This document shows positions 1 through 9,527 of a stretch of 64,000 nt of DNA, piece by piece (positions within the stretch are counted from its first letter, which is position 1; each line of letters starts with the position of its first letter). The DNA is from Actinomycetota bacterium. Lineage in GTDB: Bacteria > Actinomycetota > Acidimicrobiia > Acidimicrobiales > JAFATL01. Both the position numbers and the translations under genes were made by a program. Below the pieces are notes generated by a model. That model worked only from the letters and a program-made list of their open reading frames with translations, searched no databases and was not told where the DNA came from. Where the stretch lies: contig JBEEFP010000062.1 in the NCBI GenBank assembly GCA_041166085.1, forward strand, positions 2,567 through 66,566. Reading direction: 5' to 3'.

Positions 1-1370
1 AAGGTGGCGGCCAGCTCCTCGGGGGTGGGGTTGTAGGGCTGACGGCCTTCGGGCGGGAGCAGGGCCGAGATGGCCGACATGATGGCGACGGTGTCGGCGT
101 CAGTGTCGGTGTAGCCCAGGTCCACCGGGGGGCCGACGCGAGTCGACACGTGCGGAGGGCTGAGCAGGTTCCACACCTGGGGAAGCTGGGAGTTGCGGGG
201 CCACACCTTCTCGGTGCCCCAGACCCCGATGGGGATGACGGGGGCCTTGGTCATGGCGGCCAGGCGCGCCGCTCCCCAACGTCCCTTGAGCTCGGGATCG
301 AAGAAGGCCCGACCGCGCGGGATCGTCCCCTGGGGCATGAGCGCCACTGCGTCGCCACCTTCGAGCGCGCGCGCTGCCTCCTGCAGCGGCTCGTCCGAGC
401 CGCTCCCCCGTTCGACACGGATGCCACCCATCGCCTTGGCCAGGGGCCCGATCACGGGCGCGTCGAACACCTCCTTCTTGCCGAGGAAACGAGGCGCACG
501 TCCGCCCCGCAGCACGGTGAGACCGACGGCGACGGTGTCGAAGTAGCTGCGGTGGTTGGCGACGAAGATGGCCGGTCCGTGCTGCGGGACGTGCTCGAGC
601 CCGCGGAACGCGAACCGGGCGTAGGGATAGAGCAGCCGTTCGAACGGAGGCTGTGCGGTGAGGCGGGCCACGTCGACCGGCTCCATGCCGCCGAGCTTCG
701 GTACGCCCGGCGGCACGTCGAGGTGCAGCACCGGCCACCGCCGGATCGTCGCCAGCAGGCGCAGGCGGGGGTCGGGATTGACGGCGTACGGGTGGCCGAC
801 CGCGCTCAGCAGCGGCAGGTCGTACACGCTGTCGGAGTAGGCGAAGCTCTCCTTCATGTCCACGTCGTGCTCGGCCGCCCACCGCCTCACCGCGTTGAGC
901 TTGCCGTTGGCCCACACGAACTCGCCCTCCAGGCCTCCGGTGTAGCGGCCGTCCTCCTCGGCGTACCGGGTGGCGATCACATCGTCGAAGCCCAGCTGCT
1001 CGGCGAGCGGGCTCACCAGGTCGTACGGCGTGGTTGTCGCCAGCACGACGGGCCGGCCGGCTCGCTTGTGCTCGGCGATGAGCACTGGCGCATACGGGGC
1101 GACCAGCTCCTCGAGCTTCTCCGCTGCGACCTTGCCCGCCTGACGAACGGCGTCGCGCGACCACCCCTTGGCGGCGACCGCAGCGGCACGGGCCAGGGCC
1201 ATGGTGGGCAGCGTCTCGCCCACTAGGTCGTACACCCGATAGAGCAGTCCCGAACCGGGCAGGGTCCGGTCGGTGACGCCCGCGGCGGCAAGCGCCTCGG
1301 CGATCAGGGGACCGCTTGCGCCCCGTAGGAGGGTCCGGTCCATGTCGAAGAACGCAGCGGCGCCAGGCAT
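1..1370 (-). CDS. HAD-IB family hydrolase fused to PlsC-type acyltransferase (C-terminus beyond window edge)
   Basis: Minus-strand frame is open from ATG (1370-1368) to position 1. It is missing from the ORF track only because no stop lies in the window. Hand translation MPGAAAFFDMDRTLLRGASGPLIAEAL... shows HAD motif I (FFDMDRT), YSDSVYDLPLL, then acyltransferase H(X)4D box VANHRSYFD and PQGTIPRG. Confidence 0.8.
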   Translation of the reverse strand, partial: MPGAAAFFDMDRTLLRGASGPLIAEALAAAGVTDRTLPGSGLLYRVYDLVGETLPTMALARAAAVAAKGWSRDAVRQAGKVAAEKLEELVAPYAPVLIAEHKRAGRPVVLATTTPYDLVSPLAEQLGFDDVIATRYAEEDGRYTGGLEGEFVWANGKLNAVRRWAAEHDVDMKESFAYSDSVYDLPLLSAVGHPYAVNPDPRLRLLATIRRWPVLHLDVPPGVPKLGGMEPVDVARLTAQPPFERLLYPYARFAFRGLEHVPQHGPAIFVANHRSYFDTVAVGLTVLRGGRAPRFLGKKEVFDAPVIGPLAKAMGGIRVERGSGSDEPLQEAARALEGGDAVALMPQGTIPRGRAFFDPELKGRWGAARLAAMTKAPVIPIGVWGTEKVWPRNSQLPQVWNLLSPPHVSTRVGPPVDLGYTDTDADTVAIMSAISALLPPEGRQPYNPTPEELAAT

Positions 1371-1441
1371 GCCAGGACGCTACCGCTCGCCCGCGCCCGC
1401 CGACTGGGCGAGAATGGCGATGCGGGGGCAGTGAGCGCGGG

Positions 1442-4042
1442 ATGGACGACGAGGAGCCGGTCACGCCACAGGGAGACGACATCCGAGCAGACGAGGCCCG
1501 CCTGCTCGCGCGTGCGGGGAGCTGGTCCTGGGAGCTGCGGGACGACCTCGTCACCTGGTCGCCGGCGCTGGAGCGGGCCTACCGTCTCGACCCGGAGCTC
1601 GTCGACCCGAAGGCCAGCGGCTTCCTCAAGCACATCCATCCCGACGACCGGCCGCAGGTGATCGAAGGCCTCGAGGCCGCCGTCAACCACGCCGCCCCGG
1701 TCAGCCTGGAGTATCGCGTCGTCAACCTGGACGGCACCGCCAACGTCATCCACACCATCGGCCATGTCGAGACCGACACCGACGGCAAGCCTGTACGCAT
1801 GGCGGGGACGTGGCAGGACGTCACCGAGCAGCGAGCGGCTCAGGTGGAGCTCCGGGCCAGTGAGGAGCGATACCGCAGCCTCGTCGAGCTCTCGCCCGAC
1901 GCCATCGTCGTCGCCGGGGCCGGCCGCCTCTTCTATGCCAACCCGGCCGCCTGCGCCCTCCTGGGCGCGCAGGACGCGAACGAGATCGTCGGCCGCGACA
2001 TCCGCGAGTTCATCCATCCCGATTCCATGGAGCGGAGTCGCGAACGAGCGCGCATCATCGAGCGCGGCGAGCCGGCCGAGCTCACCGAACAGACCATTCT
2101 CCGGGTCGACGGGACTCCGGTGGTGGTCGAAGCAGCCTCGGGACCGATCATCTGGCGTGGTGAGCCTGCGGTGCAGACGGTGGTTCGCGACGTGTCCGGG
2201 CGCAAGGAAGCCGAGCTCTTCGTCGACGGACACACGCGCGTACTCGAGCTGGTGACCCAGGGTGCGCCGCTCGGCGAGACGCTCGCCGCCATCACCTTCC
2301 TGGTCGAATCGCTGGGTCCGGACACCAAGTGCTCCATCATGCTGATGGAGGACGGCGTGCTGCGGGTCGCCGCCGGTCCCTCGCTTCCGCAGGAGTTCTT
2401 GGCCGCCATCGACGAAACACCGATCGAGGACGGCGTCGGCTGTTGCGGCACGGCCGCCGCGCGCGTATCGATGGTGGTGGTCCAGGACGCGGCCGCCGAC
2501 CCGTTGACCGCGAGCTTCCGCGACCTGGCCGCCCAGTTCGGCATCCGCTCGTGCTGGTCCGTCCCGGTCGTCGACTCCGCGAGCGGCGAGGTGATGGCGA
2601 CCTTCGCCGTCTACACCACGGAGCAGAGGACGCCGACCGAGGACGAGCTCCGTCTGCTCGAGCGCGTCACCCACCTGGCCGAGATCGCCATCGCCCGCAA
2701 GCGCAGCGAGGAAGAGCTGGCCCACCAGGCCCTGCACGACCTGATGACTGGTCTCCCGAACCGCGCGTTGCTGCTCGACCGACTCGACCACGCGCTCGCC
2801 CGGGCCGGCCGGAGCGAAGAGCTCGTGGCCGTGCTGTTCCTCGATCTCGACCACTTCAAGATCCTCAACGACAGCCGCGGCCACGCCGCGGGCGACGAGC
2901 TGCTCCAGGCGGTCGCCGGACGCCTGCGCGACGTCATCCGCCCCAGCGACACCATCGCCCGCTTCGGCGGCGACGAGTTCGTCGTGGTGTGCGAAGGCGT
3001 GGCCGACGAGCTCGAGGCCAGGCTGATGGGTGAACGCATCGCCAAAGCGGTGGGAACACCCTTCCCCCTCAGCGCCGGTGACGTGTACATCGGGGTGAGT
3101 GTCGGGATCAGCCTGGCGACGGGCAACGACGACGCCGACACTGCGCTACGCAACGCCGACGCCGCCATGTACCGGGCCAAGGAACGGGGCCGCGCCCGCG
3201 TCGAGGTGTTCGACGAGAAGCTCCGCGTCCGGTCGCGCGTGCGGTACGAGACCGAGACCTCCCTGCGTCGCGCCGTCGAGCGCGGCGAGCTCGTCCTCGC
3301 CTACCAACCCGTGGTCGCGGTCCCCGACGGACGGATGATCGGAGCAGAGGCGCTCGTGCGGTGGGAGCACCCCGAGCAGGGCGAGATCCTGCCCGACGCC
3401 TTCATCCCGCTGGCCGAGGAGGCCGGGCTCATCATGCCTATCGGCGCGTGGGTGCTGGAGGAGGCCTGCGCGCAGACCGCCCGCTGGCTGGCCGCGCACC
3501 CCGAGGCCTCCGGCTTCGGGATCTCCGTCAACCTGTCGGCGCGGCAGCTGCTGCTCCCGGATCTCGTCGACCAGGTTGTCGACGTGCTCGGTCGCACCCG
3601 GCTCGACGCCTCGCACCTCACCCTCGAGATCACCGAGACCGTCCTGATGGAAGACGTCGACTTCTCCATCGAACGGCTGCACGGCATCAGGGAGCTCGGG
3701 GTGCGGCTGGCGGTGGACGACTTCGGCACCGGCTACTCGTCGCTGAGCTACCTGAAACGGCTGCCGGTCGACACCCTCAAGATCGACCGCTCCTTCGTCG
3801 ACGGGCTCGGCACTGATCAGCACGACTCCTCGATCGTGGCGGCCGTCGTGGCCCTGGCCGAGGCTCTCGACCTGGTCTCACTCGCCGAGGGGGTCGAGAC
3901 CCGGCTCCAGGTCGCCGAGCTGCGGTCGCTCGGTTGCCGGTTCGCCCAGGGCTTCCACTACGCCCGGCCTGTACGGGCCGACGCCATCGACCCGTTGTTC
4001 GGCCACACGCTGCCGATCCCCGCTCCGCTCACCGGTCCCTGA
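1442..4042 (+). CDS. PAS-PAS-GAF-GGDEF-EAL c-di-GMP turnover protein
   Basis: ORF 1316..4042 trimmed to ATG 1442 (MDDEEP). GGDEF box RFGGDEFVV, EAL box EALVRWEHP, DDFGTGYSSLSYL, with PAS-like and GAF-like blocks upstream. Confidence 0.9.
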   Translation: MDDEEPVTPQGDDIRADEARLLARAGSWSWELRDDLVTWSPALERAYRLDPELVDPKASGFLKHIHPDDRPQVIEGLEAAVNHAAPVSLEYRVVNLDGTANVIHTIGHVETDTDGKPVRMAGTWQDVTEQRAAQVELRASEERYRSLVELSPDAIVVAGAGRLFYANPAACALLGAQDANEIVGRDIREFIHPDSMERSRERARIIERGEPAELTEQTILRVDGTPVVVEAASGPIIWRGEPAVQTVVRDVSGRKEAELFVDGHTRVLELVTQGAPLGETLAAITFLVESLGPDTKCSIMLMEDGVLRVAAGPSLPQEFLAAIDETPIEDGVGCCGTAAARVSMVVVQDAAADPLTASFRDLAAQFGIRSCWSVPVVDSASGEVMATFAVYTTEQRTPTEDELRLLERVTHLAEIAIARKRSEEELAHQALHDLMTGLPNRALLLDRLDHALARAGRSEELVAVLFLDLDHFKILNDSRGHAAGDELLQAVAGRLRDVIRPSDTIARFGGDEFVVVCEGVADELEARLMGERIAKAVGTPFPLSAGDVYIGVSVGISLATGNDDADTALRNADAAMYRAKERGRARVEVFDEKLRVRSRVRYETETSLRRAVERGELVLAYQPVVAVPDGRMIGAEALVRWEHPEQGEILPDAFIPLAEEAGLIMPIGAWVLEEACAQTARWLAAHPEASGFGISVNLSARQLLLPDLVDQVVDVLGRTRLDASHLTLEITETVLMEDVDFSIERLHGIRELGVRLAVDDFGTGYSSLSYLKRLPVDTLKIDRSFVDGLGTDQHDSSIVAAVVALAEALDLVSLAEGVETRLQVAELRSLGCRFAQGFHYARPVRADAIDPLFGHTLPIPAPLTGP

Positions 4043-4087
4043 CGCCGCCCGCGCTCTCTTGTTCCTCGAGAGAGCGATGCGGGTACG

Positions 4088-4861
4088 GTGCGGGCCATCG
4101 AGCGGGCAACGCTGGGCACCCTCGGCTGGCTGGGCGTCCCAGTGGTCCTCGCGCTCGGAATCACCTTCGCCGCCCATCCATCCGTCGCCGCCGCCGGGTC
4201 GGCCCGGCCCGCACCGTTCGACACCAACGCCGTGTACCTCCGGGACTGCGCAACCTGCCACGGACCCCGGGGCGAGGGCACGCCGATGGGTCCGCAGATC
4301 GCGAGCGCGGGCGGTGCCCTGGCGGACTACGAGCTGTCGACGGGCCGCATGCCGCTCGGCGACCCTCACGAGGCGGTCCGCCGCCGCTCGCCCCGCTACT
4401 CACGCGACCAGATCGCCAAGCTCGTCGACTACGTGTCGGCGTTCGGCGGCGGCGGCGGCGGCGTCCCCATTCCTACCGTCGACGTCGCGGGCGCAGATGT
4501 GTCACGAGGCGGGGAGCTCTACCGGCTCAACTGCGCGGCCTGTCACTCGTGGTTGGGCACGGGGGGTGCCCTCCTCGGCCGGGAGGCGCCGCCGCTGTCG
4601 CACTCCACTCCCGTGCAGGTCGCGGAAGCCGTCCGCACCGGTCCTGGATCCATGCCGAGCTTCGGGGCCGAGTCGATCAGCGACCGCGACATGAACGCGG
4701 TCGCGGCGTACGTGCGCGAGATCCAGCATCCTGAGGACCGGGGCGGCAACCCCCTCCTCCATCTCGGTCCCTTCCCGGAGGGCGCGGTGGCGTGGGTCGT
4801 CGGCATCGGGGTGCTGCTCCTGTTCGTGAACTGGGTGGGCGAACGGGAGCCGAAGTCATGA
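4088..4861 (+). CDS. qcrC: Menaquinol-cytochrome c reductase, dihaem cytochrome c subunit
   Basis: Two CXXCH motifs (CATCH, CAACH), N-terminal signal/TM, C-terminal TM helix, poly-Gly linker between haem domains. GTG start. Confidence 0.85.
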   Translation: MRAIERATLGTLGWLGVPVVLALGITFAAHPSVAAAGSARPAPFDTNAVYLRDCATCHGPRGEGTPMGPQIASAGGALADYELSTGRMPLGDPHEAVRRRSPRYSRDQIAKLVDYVSAFGGGGGGVPIPTVDVAGADVSRGGELYRLNCAACHSWLGTGGALLGREAPPLSHSTPVQVAEAVRTGPGSMPSFGAESISDRDMNAVAAYVREIQHPEDRGGNPLLHLGPFPEGAVAWVVGIGVLLLFVNWVGEREPKS

Positions 4862-5697
4862 ACAGCGGTCGCCGCGCCGAGCTCTGGGCCGCCGCCGCCT
4901 TCGGCGTGACGGTGGTGGCAGCACTGGGGCTGGCCCTCGTCTACCTCCGAGGCGGACAGGTGCAGGCCGAAGGGGCGCTCCTCTCGTTGGCATTCGCGGG
5001 GCTCGCTGTGGGCTTCGTCATCTGGGCCCACCGCCTCCTGCCCCAGGGCCCCGCCGTGCAGGAGCGACACACCCTGGCCAGTCCCGAGTCCGAGCGCGAG
5101 GAGCTGGAGGACGACTTCGAACGGGTCGAGGTGCTCGGCCGTCGCAAGCTGCTGGTGCGCGCCCTGGTGGCTGCGGCCGGCGCGCTGGGTGTCGCCGCCC
5201 TCTTCCCGATCCGATCCCTCGGACCTCGACCGGGGCGCAGCCTGTCGACGACGCCGTGGCGAGCGGGCAGTCGTCTCGTGACCGACGAGGGCCGCCCCGT
5301 TCGCCTGGAGGACGTCGCCGTCGGCGCGCTGGCGACCGTGTTCCCGGAGGGCCACCTGGGCTCGGCCGACGCCCAGACCGTGCTGGTGCGCGTCGATGAA
5401 TCGGACCTCGACCCTCGCCCCGGGCGCGAGACGTGGTCGCCCAGCGGGCTCCTCGCCTACTCCAAGGTGTGCACGCACGCCGGCTGCCCAGTGGGCCTCT
5501 ACCAAGCCGACACGCATCAGCTCCTGTGCCCGTGCCACCAGTCCGCATTCGACGTGCTCGACGCAGCCAAGCCGGTGTTCGGGCCCGCCACCCGCTCGCT
5601 GCCGCAGCTCCCGCTGGTCGTCGACGCCGACGGCTTCGTGCGGGCCCAGAGCGACTTCCACGAGCCCATCGGACCTGCGTACTGGGACCGGGACTGA
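4858..5697 (+). CDS. qcrA: Menaquinol-cytochrome c reductase, Rieske iron-sulfur subunit
   Basis: Rieske boxes CTHAGCP and CPCHQSAF. N-terminal TM helices. ATG 4858 overlaps the qcrC stop (ATGA). Confidence 0.85.
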   Translation: MNSGRRAELWAAAAFGVTVVAALGLALVYLRGGQVQAEGALLSLAFAGLAVGFVIWAHRLLPQGPAVQERHTLASPESEREELEDDFERVEVLGRRKLLVRALVAAAGALGVAALFPIRSLGPRPGRSLSTTPWRAGSRLVTDEGRPVRLEDVAVGALATVFPEGHLGSADAQTVLVRVDESDLDPRPGRETWSPSGLLAYSKVCTHAGCPVGLYQADTHQLLCPCHQSAFDVLDAAKPVFGPATRSLPQLPLVVDADGFVRAQSDFHEPIGPAYWDRD

Positions 5698-6686
5698 TGC
5701 GGAGGCGGGCGGCCGCGGCCGCGGCGGTGCTCACCTCTGTCGCCCTGGTCGCCTGCTCCAACGAACATTCACCGAGCGTGCTCGATCCGAGCGGCACCGA
5801 GGCTCGCAAGCTCGAAGGCGTGTGGTGGTTGATGTTCGGCCTGGCCGCTGCCGTGTACGCCATCGTCGCCGGCCTCATCCTCTTCGCCATCGTTCGCAAC
5901 CGGCGGCGCGGACCTCGCGAGTCGCGGATCAACGACAACGCGTTCATCGTCATCGGCGGGCTCGGCCTTCCTCTCGTCATCCTCACGGTGATCGCCTTCG
6001 TCACCGTGCAGACGACGACCGAGGTACGCCAGCCCGAGAGCGGCGCAATGCGCGTCGACGTCCGGGGCCACGACTGGTGGTGGGAGGTGCGGTATCCGGA
6101 CACGGGCATCGTGACCGCCAACGAGATCCACATCCCGGTGGGACGGCAGGTCGCGGTGCACATCCGGACCGCGGACGTCATCCACTCCTTCTGGGTGCCG
6201 CAGCTGGCCGGCAAGCTCGACGCCATCCCGGGCCAGGACAACGTCCTGCGCCTGACGGCCGAGCGACCAGGCACCTACCGCGGCGAGTGCGCAGAGTTCT
6301 GCGGGCTGCAGCACGCCAACATGAACTTCCTCGTGGTCGCCGAGGATGCCACTCGCTTCGGCCAGTGGGAGCAGACCGAGGCCCAGGGCGCGGCCCTGCC
6401 CACTGACGATCAGGGCGAGCAGGGCCGCCTCGTGTTCGAGCGGGAGGCGTGCGCGGGCTGCCACACCATCAGGGGCACGAGCGCGGCCGGCGTCCTCGGC
6501 CCCGACCTGACCCACATGGGCAGCCGCCGCACCATCGGCGCCGCCACCGTCCCCAACACCACCGCGAACCTGGCCGGTTGGATCGCCGACGCCCAGTCCA
6601 TCAAGCCGGGCAGCAAGATGCCGCCGATCGTCCTCGAGCCGAACGAGCTGCTGGCCCTCGTGCACTACCTGCAGGAGCAGAAGTGA
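5697..6686 (+). CDS. ctaC: Cytochrome c oxidase subunit II with C-terminal cytochrome c domain (caa3-type)
   Basis: CuA site CAEFCGLQHANM, lipoprotein-like signal LTSVALVAC, C-terminal CAGCH haem motif. ATG 5697 shares a base with the qcrA stop (TGATG). Confidence 0.9.
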   Translation: MRRRAAAAAAVLTSVALVACSNEHSPSVLDPSGTEARKLEGVWWLMFGLAAAVYAIVAGLILFAIVRNRRRGPRESRINDNAFIVIGGLGLPLVILTVIAFVTVQTTTEVRQPESGAMRVDVRGHDWWWEVRYPDTGIVTANEIHIPVGRQVAVHIRTADVIHSFWVPQLAGKLDAIPGQDNVLRLTAERPGTYRGECAEFCGLQHANMNFLVVAEDATRFGQWEQTEAQGAALPTDDQGEQGRLVFEREACAGCHTIRGTSAAGVLGPDLTHMGSRRTIGAATVPNTTANLAGWIADAQSIKPGSKMPPIVLEPNELLALVHYLQEQK

Positions 6687-8590
6687 CGGTCACCGCCGAG
6701 CGGCCCGACCCGCCCGTTCCTGAACACGAGGAGGCGGCTCACGCGGTGTGGACCGAGCCGCCCGGGCTCCTCGGCTTCTTGAGCTCGGTGGACCACAAGC
6801 GCATCGGGATCCGCTACATCGTCACCGCCTTCATCTTCTTCGTGCTGGCCGGTCTGCAGGCCCTGATCATGCGGGCCCAGCTGGCCGGACCCGAGAACCA
6901 CATCGTCGGAGCGCAGGTCTACAACGAGCTGTTCACCATGCACGGCACGACGATGATCTTCCTGTTCAACACACCGGTGCTGGCAGGCTTCGGCAACTAC
7001 CTGCTCCCGCTGCAGCTGGGGACCCGCGACATGGCGTTCCCCCGCCTCAACGCCCTCAGCTACTGGATCTATCTGCTCTCGGGCATCTTCATGTACTCGT
7101 CGTACCTGGTCGGACGGCCGCCCGACGGAGGCTGGTTCGCCTACGTCCCCCTGACGACCATTCACTACACCCCGGGTCTCAACATGGACTTCTGGGCCCT
7201 GGGCGTGATCTTCACCGGCATCTCCACCACGGTGGGCGCCATCAACTTCATCGTCACCATCTTCAAGATGCGGGCGCCGGGCATGACCGTGAACCGCATG
7301 CCCATCTTCGTCTGGTCGATCCTCTCGATGGCGCTGATGGTGCTCTTCGCCGTTCCCGCGGTGACGCTGGCCGCCGCGCTGCTCGAGTCGGATCGCATCT
7401 TCCACACCGCCTTCTTCAACGCGGCGGCAGGAGGCAGTCCGCTGCTGTACCAGCACCTGTTCTGGTTCTGGGGCCATCCCGAGGTGTACATCCTCTTCGT
7501 GCCCGCGACGGGCATGGTGTCGATGATCCTGCCCACGTTCTCGCGGCGACGGATCGCCGGCTACCTGTGGGTCGCCACGTCGCTCATCGCCATCGGGTTC
7601 ATCAGCTTCGGCGTGTGGGTGCACCACATGTTCGCGACCGGCATGCCACCGCTGGCCATGTCGTTCTTCTCGGCCGCCAGCCTGCTCATCGTCCTGCCCA
7701 GTGGAGTGCAGTTCTTCGCATGGATCGCAACCATGTGGAAGGGCAAGGTCGAGCTCACCACGCCGTTCCTCTTCTGTCTCGGCTTCCTGCTCATCTTCCT
7801 GCTCGGCGGCATCACAGGCGTCATGGTGGCGGTCATGCCGTTCGACTGGCAGGCGCACGACAGCTACTTCGTCGTCGCCCACTTCCACTACGTGCTGAAC
7901 GGGGCGGTGGTCTTCCCCATCTTCGGCGCGCTGTACTTCTGGCTGCCGAAGATGACGGGCAAGCTCCTCGACGAGCGGCTCGGGAAGCTGAGCTTCTGGG
8001 TGATGTTCGTCGGTTTCAACCTCTCGTTCTTCCCGATGCACATCCTCGGCTTCCTCGGTATGCCGAGGCGCATCTACACCTATCCGGCCGGGCTCGGCTG
8101 GGGTGGCATCAACGCGCTGGTGTCGATCGGCGGCGCCGTGTTCGGCCTGGGCACCGCGTTGACCCTCCTCAACATCGCGGTGAGCAGGCGGTGGGGAAAG
8201 CCGGCGGGGGCCGACCCGTGGAAGGCCGACACGCTCGAGTGGTCGACCACGTCGCCACCGCCGCACTACAACTTCCTCGCCATCCCCGAGGTGACCGGCC
8301 GCCACCCTCTCTGGGACGAACACCACGTCCAGCCGGCCCAGGACGGCCACGCCATCGGTCCTGAGGGTGCGGTCGCCAAGGAGACGCCCATCACCACCGG
8401 GCTCGACGCCGCGCCGCACCAGACGATGGGCATCCCCGAGGACACCTACGCGCCGTTCTTCCTGGCGGTGGGCGTGGCCGTGATCTTCGTGGCGCTGCTG
8501 GTGAAGGGCGCAGCCGTCGCCGTCATTGGCATCGTGGTCGGGGTCATCGCGTTGTTGCGCTGGGCCTGGCACACCGAGGCGGACGAGTGA
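6683..8590 (+). CDS. ctaD: Cytochrome c oxidase subunit I, with about 90-aa two-helix C-terminal extension
   Basis: FWFWGHPEVYILFVP and VWVHHMFATG blocks. GTG 6683 overlaps the ctaC stop (GTGA). Upstream part of ORF 6449..8590 is Arg/Pro-rich read-through. Confidence 0.9.
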   Translation: MTVTAERPDPPVPEHEEAAHAVWTEPPGLLGFLSSVDHKRIGIRYIVTAFIFFVLAGLQALIMRAQLAGPENHIVGAQVYNELFTMHGTTMIFLFNTPVLAGFGNYLLPLQLGTRDMAFPRLNALSYWIYLLSGIFMYSSYLVGRPPDGGWFAYVPLTTIHYTPGLNMDFWALGVIFTGISTTVGAINFIVTIFKMRAPGMTVNRMPIFVWSILSMALMVLFAVPAVTLAAALLESDRIFHTAFFNAAAGGSPLLYQHLFWFWGHPEVYILFVPATGMVSMILPTFSRRRIAGYLWVATSLIAIGFISFGVWVHHMFATGMPPLAMSFFSAASLLIVLPSGVQFFAWIATMWKGKVELTTPFLFCLGFLLIFLLGGITGVMVAVMPFDWQAHDSYFVVAHFHYVLNGAVVFPIFGALYFWLPKMTGKLLDERLGKLSFWVMFVGFNLSFFPMHILGFLGMPRRIYTYPAGLGWGGINALVSIGGAVFGLGTALTLLNIAVSRRWGKPAGADPWKADTLEWSTTSPPPHYNFLAIPEVTGRHPLWDEHHVQPAQDGHAIGPEGAVAKETPITTGLDAAPHQTMGIPEDTYAPFFLAVGVAVIFVALLVKGAAVAVIGIVVGVIALLRWAWHTEADE

Positions 8591-9171
8591 CGGCCATCGC
8601 CCTACCCGTGCGCGACCGCGCCCGAGGCACCGCGTGGTGGGGGATGATGTCGCTCATCGCCACCGAGGCGATGATCTTCGCCGGCCTGCTGGGTTCGTAC
8701 TTCTTCACCCAGGCCGCTTCCAAGCAGTGGCCGCAGGGCGGCATCGCCCCGCCCGAGCTGAGCCGCATCTCCGTGTTCACCGTCGTCCTGCTGGCCAGCA
8801 GCCTGCCCATCATCTGGGCCGAGTCGGGCATCCGGCAGGGCCGGGTCGGCAGGGTCCGGGTCGGTCTCGTCCTGTCCTTCCTGCTCGGCGCTGCGTTCCT
8901 GATCAACCAGGGCCTGGAGTACCACGACCTCCCGTTCGGGCCGCGCGACAACGCCTACGCCTCGCTGTTCTGGGGCATCACGGGACTGCACGGCCTGCAC
9001 GTGCTCATCGGGCTGCTGATGAACCTCCTTGTGCAGGCCAAGGCGTCCCTGGGAAGGATCACGGAGGAGCGCCACGTCACCCTCACCGTGTTCGGGATGT
9101 ATTGGCACTTCGTCGATGTGGTCTGGATCTTCGTGTTCAGCTCGCTCTACCTCTCGCCTCACATCAAATGA
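8587..9171 (+). CDS. ctaE: Cytochrome c oxidase subunit III
   Basis: 194-aa polytopic protein (WWGMMSLIATEAMIFAGLL..., FWGITGLHGLHVLIG, YWHFVDVVWIFVF). GTG overlaps the ctaD stop. Confidence 0.85.
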   Translation: MTAIALPVRDRARGTAWWGMMSLIATEAMIFAGLLGSYFFTQAASKQWPQGGIAPPELSRISVFTVVLLASSLPIIWAESGIRQGRVGRVRVGLVLSFLLGAAFLINQGLEYHDLPFGPRDNAYASLFWGITGLHGLHVLIGLLMNLLVQAKASLGRITEERHVTLTVFGMYWHFVDVVWIFVFSSLYLSPHIK

Positions 9172-9527
9172 CCGACATCGCCCGCTCCCGCCCGGCCATG
9201 ACCGCTCTCTGGTACGGGTTCTCGGTCGGGCCCGTCGCATGGGCCGTCCACATCGTCGGCAGCGCCGCCCTCGTGCAGTACTCGTGCAACGACCACCGCT
9301 GGAGGTGGACGCTCCACGCGCTGACCGTCGGTACCGCCGTCCCCACCGCCATCGGCCTCGCCATCTGCCTGGGCATCGCCCGCCGGGTGCCCGACCCTGA
9401 GGACGCGGGGTCGCCTGGTGGTCGCACGGACTTCCTGGCCAAGGTCGGGGCGTTGACGGCTGCGATCTCCCTCGCGCTCATCCTCCTGGAGGGCAGCTAC
9501 GTGCTGTTCCTGCACCGCTGTGGGTAG
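9168..9527 (+). CDS. Small 3-TM membrane protein of unknown function embedded in the oxidase operon
   Basis: Tail of ORF 8526..9527 from ATG 9168 (MTDIARSRPAMTALWYGF...). The start overlaps the ctaE stop (ATGA), and its own stop overlaps the ctaG start by 8 nt. Three hydrophobic helices. No motif recognised. Confidence 0.5.
   Translation: MTDIARSRPAMTALWYGFSVGPVAWAVHIVGSAALVQYSCNDHRWRWTLHALTVGTAVPTAIGLAICLGIARRVPDPEDAGSPGGRTDFLAKVGALTAAISLALILLEGSYVLFLHRCG

Noticed and set aside
100-1554. 484-aa minus-strand ORF, and the 358-aa plus-strand ORF at 150..1226
   Set aside because: Extremely Arg/Gly/Pro/Ala-rich low-complexity translations typical of off-frame reading in high-GC DNA. A third frame gives a clean HAD/PlsC protein with canonical motifs.
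4445-4462. (GGC)6 trinucleotide run in qcrC, and a (GGTCTC)4 hexamer run at 40203-40226 in treZ, as possible contingency loci
   Set aside because: Both are in-frame, encoding a Gly6 linker and an (ET)4 stretch. They lie inside housekeeping genes and are short. Slippage would only vary linker length, and there is no evidence of phase variation.
6665-8572. 635-aa ORF antisense to ctaD
   Set aside because: Translation is dominated by R/G/H/E/D runs with no motif. The opposite strand encodes an unmistakable haem-copper oxidase subunit I.
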